A stretch of DNA of 64,000 nucleotides from an uncultured Desulfovibrionaceae bacterium (lineage in GTDB: Bacteria; Desulfobacterota; Desulfovibrionia; Desulfovibrionales; Desulfovibrionaceae): positions 7,621-71,620 of the forward strand of contig CASGAP010000010.1 of assembly GCA_949299515.1 (NCBI GenBank), given 5' to 3'. Positions 32,673 through 41,639 of this stretch are shown here, one piece after another. The stretch's first letter is position 1, and every line of letters begins with the position of its first letter. Both the position numbers and the translations under genes were made by a program. Below the pieces are notes generated by a model. It made no database searches. It saw nothing but the letters and a program-made list of their open reading frames with translations, and was not told the DNA's origin.

Positions 32673-33134
32673 ATGTCAGATAAAAGTTTTTCCTGTATGC
32701 GCTGCGGTCACTGCTGTCACGGCAGGGGCGGCATTGTTGTCGGACAGCGCGACCTTCCGCGCTTGCTTGCGTATTTTAAAATGGAAAAAGAGGATTTTTT
32801 GGCCCGCTATACGGAAGATTTTGACGGAAAGCCCACACTTGTTACGGGTGATGACGGGTACTGTCTTTTCTTTAAAGAAGGAGCGGGCTGTACCATTCAC
32901 GAGGCAAGACCCGACGTGTGCAGGGCGTGGCCGTATTTTCGCGGCAATCTTATTGACGAATTCAGTTTTGCCATGGCCAGGGAAGACTGCCCGGGCATTG
33001 TGAAAAGCGTATCCCATGCGTTTTTCGCCCATGACGGCTACGCGTATTTAAAAGACAACAATTTGCTGTGCACGGATAAAAAGACTGACGGCAGGGCGCT
33101 TATCGTGCAGGAAAGCGAACTGCCGAAGGTATAG
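32673..33134 (+). CDS. YkgJ-family cysteine-cluster (CxxCxxCC) protein
   Basis: CMRCGHCC near the N-terminus plus later Cys residues (CLFF, CTIHEARPDVC), typical of the UPF0153/YkgJ family. Confidence 0.8.
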   Translation: MSDKSFSCMRCGHCCHGRGGIVVGQRDLPRLLAYFKMEKEDFLARYTEDFDGKPTLVTGDDGYCLFFKEGAGCTIHEARPDVCRAWPYFRGNLIDEFSFAMAREDCPGIVKSVSHAFFAHDGYAYLKDNNLLCTDKKTDGRALIVQESELPKV

Positions 33135-33183
33135 CCGCATTGCGCGCAGCTGCGGGATTATCGGCGGGTAAAGCGAGATAAAC

Positions 33184-34377
33184 ATGGCTAAAAACGGCAT
33201 GACGCTGCAGGACGCGTATATGTTGCTGCAGGTTTCCAAAAACGCGGAGATTGACGAAGTGAAGCAGGCTTACAGAAAGCGTGCCTTTGCTTTGCACCCG
33301 GATCTGCACCCCGACAACGAAAATGCCGCCCACGAGTTTCAGCGCGTCAACGAAGCCTATGTGACGGTTATCGCTTATTTGGACAGCCAAGCAAAGAAAA
33401 ATGCCGTAAAAGCCCGTTTTGTACAGACGGAAAAAGTCAGAAAATCACAATTTGAGGAAGAAAAGCGCCAAGCTGCGGAAAAGCGTGCCGAAGAACGCCG
33501 CCGCAAAGAAAAGGAACGCGAAGAGCGTATCGAGCGCGAACGCAGGGAAATGGAACGCAGGCAGGCAAAAGAACGGGCAAGGCGCGAAGAGGAGCGGCGC
33601 CGCCGTCTGCAGGAAGAAATAGAACGGCAGGAAGCCAAAATCAAGGCAAAGCAGGAAGAAGAGCGTTTAAATCTTATTAAAAACCTGGAAGAAAAGGCGC
33701 AGGAATTTAAAAAGCTCATCATCGAACAGATGGAGCAGGCGCGGAAAGAACGGGAAAGCAGGGAAAAAGCGCAGCAGAGCGGCGAAACCCGGCAAAAAAA
33801 TCCCGCCAATTCCTATAATGCGTTCGGAGTGCCTGTTTACAACAAATATCAGGGGAATTTTGAACAGCAGGTATATAAGAAAACGGAAAGCGCGGCTGCC
33901 GCGCAGACTGCAGAAAAGGCTAAAGCGGAAGAGGCGAACACTTCCGACAATACCGCTTACGTGCACGTAAACGCCCGCCAAAACGCTACCGGTGCACAGA
34001 CGGAAGAGGCACGGCAGAAAAAAAACCAAAAAGAATATTTTACAGGCAGTGAAATTTCTGCTAATAAAGAAAACAGCATTTCCCAGGCACTCATCAAAGC
34101 TGGCCAGGAACCGCTGGAAGGGCTGAAAAAAGGCATATCTTCCTGGTTTAAAAGTCAGATTGACGAGGAATTGGAATTGTTTTTTCCGGCAGCCAGACTG
34201 CAGCCCGGCGTAAAAATGCGCCTGCAGTTTAGGGTTGGGCTGGCAAACGAACTCCAGACCATAGAATTGACCCTTCCCAAGGATTTTGTTCCGGGCAAGC
34301 CGCTCAGGCTGAAAGGGCTCGGTAAGAAAATCGGCAAATGGCAGGGGGATTTATATTTAAAACTTCAATCAAAGTAG
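33184..34377 (+). CDS. J-domain protein with a long E/R/K charged helix and a DnaJ-C-like terminal module
   Basis: N-terminal J domain (YRKRAFALHPDLHPDN, with HPD at residues 38-40). Residues ~84-197 are almost pure E/R/K/Q. The C-terminus (PLRLKGLGKKIGKWQGDLYLKL) resembles a DnaJ/CbpA C-terminal domain. Confidence 0.8.
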   Translation: MAKNGMTLQDAYMLLQVSKNAEIDEVKQAYRKRAFALHPDLHPDNENAAHEFQRVNEAYVTVIAYLDSQAKKNAVKARFVQTEKVRKSQFEEEKRQAAEKRAEERRRKEKEREERIERERREMERRQAKERARREEERRRRLQEEIERQEAKIKAKQEEERLNLIKNLEEKAQEFKKLIIEQMEQARKERESREKAQQSGETRQKNPANSYNAFGVPVYNKYQGNFEQQVYKKTESAAAAQTAEKAKAEEANTSDNTAYVHVNARQNATGAQTEEARQKKNQKEYFTGSEISANKENSISQALIKAGQEPLEGLKKGISSWFKSQIDEELELFFPAARLQPGVKMRLQFRVGLANELQTIELTLPKDFVPGKPLRLKGLGKKIGKWQGDLYLKLQSK

Positions 34378-34385
34378 GAAACGGC

Positions 34386-35063
34386 ATGAATATTCTTATT
34401 TTCGGGCCTAACGGCAGCGGCAAAGGCACACAGGGCGATCTTATCATGGAAAAATACGGCGTGGCGCACATCGAGTCCGGCGCGGTTTTCCGCCAGCACG
34501 TGGGACAGGGTACGGAGCTTGGCAAAAAAGCTAAGGAATACATGGATAAAGGCGAACTTGTGCCCGATGAAATCACTATTCCCATGATTTTGGAAATTTT
34601 GAAGGAAAAAGGCAATAACGGCTGGCTTCTCGACGGGTTCCCGCGCAATATGGAACAGGCCCGCAAACTGAAGGAAGCGCTGGACAATGCCGGTATGCAT
34701 CTGGATTATGTCGTGGAAATCGTGCTTGCGCGCGAAATTGCCCGCAACCGTATTATGGGCCGCAGACTCTGCAAAAACAACAACAATCACCCCAACAATA
34801 TTTATATTGACGCAATTAAGCCAAACGGCGACGTATGCCGCGTATGCGGCGGCGAACTTTCCGCCCGCGCCGACGACCAAAACGAAGAAGCCATCAACAA
34901 GCGCCATAACATTTATTACGACAAAGACAACGGCACGCTTGCGGCAGCATACTATTTTAAAGATGTGGCAGCGAAAAGCGGCGGCAAAACCGCATATATC
35001 GAACTTGACGGCAGCGGCAGCATTGACAGCATCAAAGAAACGCTGCTTTCCCAGCTTAAATAG
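34386..35063 (+). CDS. adk: adenylate kinase with metal-binding lid
   Basis: P-loop GPNGSGKGTQ from the ATG at 34386. The lid carries Cys129-X5-His135-X15-Cys151-X2-Cys154. Confidence 0.95.
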   Translation: MNILIFGPNGSGKGTQGDLIMEKYGVAHIESGAVFRQHVGQGTELGKKAKEYMDKGELVPDEITIPMILEILKEKGNNGWLLDGFPRNMEQARKLKEALDNAGMHLDYVVEIVLAREIARNRIMGRRLCKNNNNHPNNIYIDAIKPNGDVCRVCGGELSARADDQNEEAINKRHNIYYDKDNGTLAAAYYFKDVAAKSGGKTAYIELDGSGSIDSIKETLLSQLK

Positions 35064-35066
35064 CAT

Positions 35067-35089
35067 AAGCCCTCGTTTGAGGGCTTTTT
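35067..35089 (+). terminator. rho-independent terminator after adk
   Basis: AAGCCCTC-GTTT-GAGGGCTTTTT. Confidence 0.85.
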
Positions 35090-35114
35090 CTTTATTCTTA
35101 TACCGGGACGGGAT

Positions 35115-35678
35115 ATGGCGATGAATACCTATGCGCTGATTATTATTGATATGCAGAACGATTTTGTGCTGACGGAAAAATCCGCAGTCAAGGGAGCAAA
35201 GGCCACGGTCGCGGCGATACGTGCGGCCATGGATGTCTGTCATGAAAAGCATATTCCGGTTTTTCATGTTGTGCGGGCTTATGACGGGGACGGAAAAAAT
35301 GCCGAAATTTTCCGCAGGGAACTTTTTGCGGCAGGCCGCGGCTTTTGCATAAAGGGTACTGCAGGTGCGGAAATTGTGGCGGAGCTTGCGCCAGCCAAAG
35401 AGGATATTGTGTTGGTAAAGCCGCGCTTCAGCGCGTTTTTCGGCACAAATCTGCATGATTTGCTCCAAGAGCGAGGTATAACCCATGTTCTTGTGGCAGG
35501 AACGCAGTATCCCAACTGTGTGCGGGCTACGGCGGTGGACGCGCTGTGCCATGATTATCATGTCACCGTGCTGACGGACTGCTGTTCCGCACAGACCGAC
35601 GAAACGGCGCGCGCAAACTGCACGGACTTAAAAAATATGGGAATTGCCTGCACGGCTTTTTCCGAATTGGCCTTATAA
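35115..35678 (+). CDS. isochorismatase-family cysteine hydrolase
   Basis: YALIIIDMQNDF N-terminus and the nucleophile context GTQYPNCVRATAVDA. Confidence 0.88.
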   Translation: MAMNTYALIIIDMQNDFVLTEKSAVKGAKATVAAIRAAMDVCHEKHIPVFHVVRAYDGDGKNAEIFRRELFAAGRGFCIKGTAGAEIVAELAPAKEDIVLVKPRFSAFFGTNLHDLLQERGITHVLVAGTQYPNCVRATAVDALCHDYHVTVLTDCCSAQTDETARANCTDLKNMGIACTAFSELAL

Positions 35679-35802
35679 AATTGTATGCCGTTCTTACAAA
35701 AATGTAATAACAATAAAAAAATCTGTTTTTCCGCCTAAATCACGGGTGAAATTCCCGTGAGAAATTCTTGCAAGAATTCGGGCTTTATTGTATGTTGTGT
35801 TC

Positions 35803-37233
35803 ATGAGCTCCAAACGTGTACTATTTCTGACCCCGGCATCTGCCGTAACGCGGATTTTTCCTCAGCTGCGCAATGCAGAAATTGAAGCGTCCTTGGCGGA
35901 AAATGCCAAAGGCGCCTCTGCGTTCATAGAATCGTCCTTGCCTCAGTATATAGTCAGCCGGCCTTCGCTGCCGGGATATAAAGTGGAAGAACTGTTTGAA
36001 GAGGCGAAAAATAATCCTTCCTATCCCCGCATAATTGTTTTGGCAGAAAAAGGCACGCCCGACGAAGCACGGTATTTTATGGAGCTCGGCGCTTTTGATT
36101 ATTGGACCGATCCGCTTGTGGTGGAACGGTTTCTTGCTCTTCCCGACAATAAACAGCCCGTGCAGAAAGCCGAGGCAAAAAGTTCTGCCCCGAAAATCGT
36201 GGGCAGCAGTTTGGCCATGCGCCGCGTGCTTGCGCTTGCAAAGCAGGTTGCGCCTTCCAAAGCTACTGTTCTTATCAACGGCGAGTCCGGCACGGGTAAG
36301 GAAATGTTTTCCAAAAATCTGCACGCATGGAGCGACAGGGCAAAGGGCCCGTTCATTGCCATAAACTGCGCCGCATTGCCGGAACATTTGCTGGAAAGCG
36401 AACTGTTCGGCCATGAAAAGGGCAGTTTTACCGGCGCAATCGGAAGAAAAATCGGGAAATTCGAACTGGCTAGCGGCGGCACTTTGCTTTTGGACGAAAT
36501 TTCCGAAATGGAACTCGGTCTGCAGGCTAAGCTTTTGCGTGCCCTGCAGGAGGGAGAAATAGACCGCGTGGGCGGCACGGAAACCGTAAAAGTCGATGTG
36601 CGCGTCATAGCCACGACCAACAGAAATTTGGAAGAATGGGTAAAAGAGGGGAAATTCCGTCAGGATTTGTATTTTCGTCTGAATGTTATTCCTCTGCGTT
36701 TGCCCGCGCTTCGGGAACGCGGCGACGATATTTTGGAACTTGCCGGGTTTTTCCTGGATATGTACACTAAAGAATATGCTCTGCCCAGGGCGGAATTTTC
36801 GCAGGAAGCGATCCTTTGGCTGAAAAAATACGATTGGCCGGGAAATGTGCGCGAACTGCAGAACTTAATGGAACGGGCCGTACTTCTTGCCGCGGGCAAA
36901 GATATCGTGCCTGCCCATTTTTTGCTTGATCCCGACAATTGGCCGCTTTTTGAAGAAGATACGCAGGAAGCGGACGGCGAAAGTGCGGAAGAAGCGCAGC
37001 AGAAATCCGACGAAAAACCGGAAACAGTCGGTTCCGAGTCCAAACAAAATGCCGCTGCGGATTTTTCCGGTGCGCTTATGCCGCTGCACGAAGTGGAACG
37101 GCTTATGATCAAAAAAGGTTTGGAAGTGACGCAGGGCAACAGGACGCAGGCTGCGGAACTGTTGGGTATTTCCGTGCGTACGCTCCGAAACAAATTAAAC
37201 GAATACAAAAGCATGGGACTAGAAATAGAATAG
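35803..37233 (+). CDS. sigma-54-dependent transcriptional activator with an apparently degenerate receiver-like N-terminal domain
   Basis: AAA+ core (GESGTGKE, ELFGHEKGSFTGA) and a C-terminal Fis-type HTH (GNRTQAAELLGISVRTLRNKL). The N-terminal ~120 aa look like a receiver fold without the acidic pocket. Confidence 0.88.
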   Translation: MSSKRVLFLTPASAVTRIFPQLRNAEIEASLAENAKGASAFIESSLPQYIVSRPSLPGYKVEELFEEAKNNPSYPRIIVLAEKGTPDEARYFMELGAFDYWTDPLVVERFLALPDNKQPVQKAEAKSSAPKIVGSSLAMRRVLALAKQVAPSKATVLINGESGTGKEMFSKNLHAWSDRAKGPFIAINCAALPEHLLESELFGHEKGSFTGAIGRKIGKFELASGGTLLLDEISEMELGLQAKLLRALQEGEIDRVGGTETVKVDVRVIATTNRNLEEWVKEGKFRQDLYFRLNVIPLRLPALRERGDDILELAGFFLDMYTKEYALPRAEFSQEAILWLKKYDWPGNVRELQNLMERAVLLAAGKDIVPAHFLLDPDNWPLFEEDTQEADGESAEEAQQKSDEKPETVGSESKQNAAADFSGALMPLHEVERLMIKKGLEVTQGNRTQAAELLGISVRTLRNKLNEYKSMGLEIE

Positions 37234-37251
37234 GTTAAAAAGGAAAACGCT

Positions 37252-39186
37252 GTGAACATTGCTCAAAAGATTATCAAAGCTCACCTTGTGAGCGGAACTA
37301 TGGAAGCCGGAACCGAAATAGGGCTGCGTGTCGATCAGACGCTGACCCAGGACGCAACAGGAACTATGGCATGGCTGCAGTTTGAAGCGCTCGGCCGCGA
37401 TAGCGTGCAGACGGAACTTTCTGTGTCCTATGTTGACCATAATACGCTGCAGATGGGTTTTAAAAATCCCGACGATCATCAATTTTTAAGAACCGTGGCC
37501 GGCCGTTACGGTGCCGTGTATTCCGCTCCCGGTACGGGTATCTGTCACCAGCTGCATTTGGAAAATTTCGCCAAGCCCGGCAAGGTGCTGATCGGTTCCG
37601 ACAGCCATACACCGACAGCCGGCGGCATCGGCTGTCTGTCCATGGGCGCAGGCGGGCTTTCCGTGGCGCTCAGCATGGCGGGCGAGCCGTATACCATTTC
37701 CATGCCTAAAATAGTGGAAGTCCGTTTGTCAGGGGCTTTGCAGGGATTTGCCCAGGCAAAGGACATAATTTTGGAATTGCTCCGCAGACTCGGTACACAG
37801 GGCGGGGTAGGCAAAATTTTTGAATATACGGGTGCGGGCGTGGCAGCGCTTACGGTGCCCGAACGTGCAACCATTGCCAATATGGGCGCTGAACTCGGCG
37901 CTACGGCGTCTTTGTTTCCGTCCGACAACAGAACCAAAGAATTTTTGGCAAAAATGGGCAGAGAGGAAGACTGGATTTTCCTTGAAGCCGATGCCAACGC
38001 TAAATATGACGATTTGGTTGAAATCAATCTGTCCGAACTTGTTCCATTGGCGGCAAAGCCGCATATGCCCGATAACGTTGTGCCCGTAAGCGAACTTGCC
38101 GGTATTAAAGTCGATCAGGTGGCTATGGGGTCCTGCACCAACTCTTCGTATGCGGACTTGAAACAGGTTGCCGACATCATGAAAGGCAAATTTGTCGCAC
38201 CGCATACCGATACCTGTGTTTCTCCCGGTTCCCGTCAGGTTTTGACTATGCTGATGGAAAACGGTTCCATGGCGGGCCTGCTGGACAGCGGTGTGCGTCT
38301 TTTGGAATGTTCCTGCGGACCGTGTATCGGCATGGGGTCTTCCCCGCACAGCGGCGGTGTTTCCGTGCGTACGTTCAACCGCAATTTTGAGGGCAGAAGC
38401 GGAACCAAAGACGCGCAGGTATATCTTGTAAGTCCCGTAACTGCGGCATACTGCGCAATTAACGGTGCGTTTACCGATCCGAAAATATGGGGCGTACCGC
38501 CGCAAAAACCGGAATTTCCCGAACATATTCCGTCTATCCGCCATCATTTTCACTTCCCGCCGAAAAGCGGGGAAGAACGCAAAAACATCGAAGTTCTGCG
38601 CGGCCCCAATATTGTTGCCTTGGAAAGTTTTGACGCTTTAAAGGAAGAACTTGCCGGTGAAGTTGTGCTGAAAGTGGGCGACGGGATCACTACAGACCAT
38701 ATTATGCCCGCCGGTGCGGAAATTACCGCACTGCGTTCCAATATTCCCGCAATTTCCGAATATGTGTTCTCCCGTGTGGACGAGGGCTTTGTGGCCAGAG
38801 CCAAAGCTCAGCGCGACAGCGGCAAATGCGGTTTCATCGTAGCGGGAAAAAATTACGGACAGGGCTCCAGCCGCGAACACGCCGCCCTTGCTCCGCGCCA
38901 TTTGGGAATACGTGCGGTTATGGCTTTGTCTTTTGCGCGTATTCACAGAGCTAACCTGATAAACTTCGGCATACTGCCGCTTATTTTTGAAAACGAAGCG
39001 GATTACAGCCGTCTTGCTTTGGGTACCAAGATTATGACCCGTCCCATGATTTTGGCAGACGGCAAACGCCTTAAAGTCGAAGCTGAAGGTATTGGCGATG
39101 TATATTTTACCCATGATCTGTCCGAAAAAGAATTTCAGCTCATACTTGCGGGCGGCTTATTAAATTTTGTTAAAAATAGAAAATAA
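37252..39186 (+). CDS. aconitate hydratase (short ~640-aa type)
   Basis: Fe-S ligand contexts DSHT, GSCTNSS and CGPCIGMG, with a swivel domain at the C-terminus. GTG start with an AAGGAAAA SD. Confidence 0.9.
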   Translation: MNIAQKIIKAHLVSGTMEAGTEIGLRVDQTLTQDATGTMAWLQFEALGRDSVQTELSVSYVDHNTLQMGFKNPDDHQFLRTVAGRYGAVYSAPGTGICHQLHLENFAKPGKVLIGSDSHTPTAGGIGCLSMGAGGLSVALSMAGEPYTISMPKIVEVRLSGALQGFAQAKDIILELLRRLGTQGGVGKIFEYTGAGVAALTVPERATIANMGAELGATASLFPSDNRTKEFLAKMGREEDWIFLEADANAKYDDLVEINLSELVPLAAKPHMPDNVVPVSELAGIKVDQVAMGSCTNSSYADLKQVADIMKGKFVAPHTDTCVSPGSRQVLTMLMENGSMAGLLDSGVRLLECSCGPCIGMGSSPHSGGVSVRTFNRNFEGRSGTKDAQVYLVSPVTAAYCAINGAFTDPKIWGVPPQKPEFPEHIPSIRHHFHFPPKSGEERKNIEVLRGPNIVALESFDALKEELAGEVVLKVGDGITTDHIMPAGAEITALRSNIPAISEYVFSRVDEGFVARAKAQRDSGKCGFIVAGKNYGQGSSREHAALAPRHLGIRAVMALSFARIHRANLINFGILPLIFENEADYSRLALGTKIMTRPMILADGKRLKVEAEGIGDVYFTHDLSEKEFQLILAGGLLNFVKNRK

Positions 39187-39200
39187 ATAAAGAGGTTACC

Positions 39201-41069
39201 ATGCTTGACGGTATGCGTTCAGGGGCTCATTCCTTAGGTATAAAAATAGCGTTTGGGCTTATTATTCTGGTATTTATTTTTTGGGGGATAGGAAGCAATA
39301 CCTCCAGTTCCGGCATTGTGGCGAAGGTGAACGGCGAACCTGTGACGGTTAATGAATTTCAGCAGGCATACAATCAAATGGCCAATGAAATAAAAGCCGT
39401 TATTCCCGACATTACGGCGGAACAGCTGGAAAGTTTCGGACTGGAACAGCGCGTTTTGCAGAATGTCATCATCAATAAGCTGTTTATTGCAGAATCCAAA
39501 CGTTTGGGAATTGATGTCAGCGCCGCTGAACTGCGTGATACGTTAATGGCTCTTCCGTATTTTCATGACCAAAACGGCAAATTCAGTGCCGAATTGTATC
39601 AGCAGCGCGTAAAAGCTGCCGGGCAGACTCCCGCACAGTTTGAAAATACCCTGCGTTCCGATATTCTTCCGCAAAAGTTTCAGGAGCTTGTAACGGCAGG
39701 TATTTTTGCGGACAAGAATATTGCGGAAAAAATGTTTGAATTCCAAACCGAACGGCGTTCCATGGATTATGTGCTTTTCCCGTTTGAGCCTGACAAACAG
39801 CAGGTAAGCGACGAAGAGGCAAAAGCCGTATATGAGCAAAGAAAAGACGGTTATGCCGTTCCCGCACAGATCGCTTTGGAATATATAAGCTTTACGCCTG
39901 TGCTCATGGCAGACGAAAATGCCGTAACCGATGAGGAAATACAGAAATATTATGCGGATAATCAGTCTTCGTTCAGCGAAGAAGAACAGGTTAAAGCGCG
40001 CCATATCCTGCTTATGGTTGACCCGAATGCACCTAAAGCAGAAAGCGACAAGGTGCTGAAACAGCTTCAGGATATTGCTGCTCAAATTAAAACGGCTGAC
40101 GATTTTGCGACCATGGCGGCAAAATACGGGCAGGACGGCACCAAGAATACAGGCGGAGATTTGGGCTGGTTCAGCCGCGGACAAATGGTTAAAGAATTTG
40201 CGGACGCCGCATTTTCTTTGCCGAAAGCAACGCTGTCCGATCCTGTGCGCACACAGTTCGGATATCATTTGATTTGGGTTGACGATAAAAAAGATGCCCG
40301 CCAGATTCCTTTTGACGAAGTAAAAGACGAAATCCGCAAAACCATTGCCGTTGACAGGGTAAATGCAAACCTTGCCCAAACCGTGGACAGTGCCATTGCT
40401 TCCGTTATGGGCAGCGGCGATATGCAGGCAGAAGCGGCAAAATATAATTTGACCGTCACTAAAACAGGTCTTGTTGATTTGGCTTCTTTGGCCGAAACAT
40501 ACGGTCTGCGCCAAAGCGATGCGGACGCTCTTGCTGCACTTTCCGCAGGAGCCGTGTGGGACAGCCCGGTATCTGTCAACGGTGAGCTGAGCGTAGTGAA
40601 AGTTACGGAAAACAAAGCAAGTGCCGTGCAGTCTTTTGAAGATGTCAAGGCCGATATTATTGCCGAGCTTAAACTGAAAAAAGCTCAGGAAAGCGCAAAA
40701 GCCCAGGCTCAGGCTGCTTTGAAAACCTTTGCTGAAAAAGCTCCTGCGGGCATGGAAACCAGTGCTTTCTTTACCCGTGAGGGACAAATTGAAAATTTGG
40801 GCCCCATGCCGGAGCTGGCTCAGGAAATTTTTGCCGCCGATACCAAGGACTGGCTTAAAAATGCATACATCAGTGACGAAGGTGCCGTGGCCGCACGGCT
40901 GAACAGCGTGAAGAAAGCTGATCCCAAAGACTTTGCCGCCATTGAGAACGATATTTTGCTGAATATGCAGGAAGCTCAAAAAAATATGTTGTTTCAGGCA
41001 TATATCTTAATGCTTAACAAAGAAGCGAAAATTGAAATTCTTATGCCTGAAATTTTTGAAAAAAAATAA
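39201..41069 (+). CDS. ppiD: periplasmic chaperone / peptidylprolyl isomerase PpiD-like
   Basis: N-terminal membrane anchor, SurA-N-like region and a parvulin domain (ARHILL...GGDLGWFSRGQMVKEF). Confidence 0.85.
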   Translation: MLDGMRSGAHSLGIKIAFGLIILVFIFWGIGSNTSSSGIVAKVNGEPVTVNEFQQAYNQMANEIKAVIPDITAEQLESFGLEQRVLQNVIINKLFIAESKRLGIDVSAAELRDTLMALPYFHDQNGKFSAELYQQRVKAAGQTPAQFENTLRSDILPQKFQELVTAGIFADKNIAEKMFEFQTERRSMDYVLFPFEPDKQQVSDEEAKAVYEQRKDGYAVPAQIALEYISFTPVLMADENAVTDEEIQKYYADNQSSFSEEEQVKARHILLMVDPNAPKAESDKVLKQLQDIAAQIKTADDFATMAAKYGQDGTKNTGGDLGWFSRGQMVKEFADAAFSLPKATLSDPVRTQFGYHLIWVDDKKDARQIPFDEVKDEIRKTIAVDRVNANLAQTVDSAIASVMGSGDMQAEAAKYNLTVTKTGLVDLASLAETYGLRQSDADALAALSAGAVWDSPVSVNGELSVVKVTENKASAVQSFEDVKADIIAELKLKKAQESAKAQAQAALKTFAEKAPAGMETSAFFTREGQIENLGPMPELAQEIFAADTKDWLKNAYISDEGAVAARLNSVKKADPKDFAAIENDILLNMQEAQKNMLFQAYILMLNKEAKIEILMPEIFEKK

Positions 41070-41109
41070 GGCGCAATTTTAAAATTAGCTCTGAATTTCA
41101 TGTTGTTTC

Positions 41110-41138
41110 TTGACAGCATTGATTTGCAGGGATAATGT
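41110..41138 (+). promoter_or_regulatory. sigma70-type promoter of the cytochrome c3 gene
   Basis: TTGACA (41110-41115), a 17-nt spacer, then TAATGT (41133-41138). Confidence 0.55.
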
Positions 41139-41183
41139 ATAGGAAATCTTGAGTACTTGCTCGGGAAATTAGAGGAGGTTGCT

Positions 41184-41576
41184 ATGAAAAAGATACTCAT
41201 GTTGTCTTTGAGTGCTCTTGTGGCTGTTGCTCTTGCAATGCCGGCTGTTGCAGCTCGCCCCGCTGCCCCTGAAGGTCCGATTAAAATGGCTCTTACCAAG
41301 CAAGCAGTTACCTTTAATCATAATACCCATACTTCTGTTGACTGCGGCGTATGCCACCACGAAGTAAACGGTGCTGAGAATTACGGTAAATGCTCCAATG
41401 CTGGCTGCCATGACGCCTTGGGTGCAAAAGAAAAAGGCACGAACAGCTATTATCGCATTGCTCATGACAGAAAACTTGCAAACAGCTGCTTGGGCTGCCA
41501 CGTAAAAGTAGCACAAAAAGAAAAGGATAAGAGAAAAGCTCTTACCGGCTGTAAGGCTTCTGCTTGCCATCCTTAA
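41184..41576 (+). CDS. tetraheme cytochrome c3 (periplasmic, type I)
   Basis: SD AGGAGG, a signal peptide (MKKILMLSLSALVAVALAMPAVAA) and four heme motifs: CGVCH, CSNAGCH, CLGCH and CKASACH. The mature size is ~107 aa. Confidence 0.95.
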   Translation: MKKILMLSLSALVAVALAMPAVAARPAAPEGPIKMALTKQAVTFNHNTHTSVDCGVCHHEVNGAENYGKCSNAGCHDALGAKEKGTNSYYRIAHDRKLANSCLGCHVKVAQKEKDKRKALTGCKASACHP

Positions 41577-41585
41577 TAGTTGCTT

Positions 41586-41618
41586 CCTACTCACCGAATT
41601 TTCGGTGAGTAGGTTTTT
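41586..41618 (+). terminator. rho-independent terminator after cytochrome c3
   Basis: CCTACTCACCGAA-TT-TTCGGTGAGTAGGTTTTT. Confidence 0.9.
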
Positions 41619-41639
41619 AATTTAATTACGAGGGGAATT

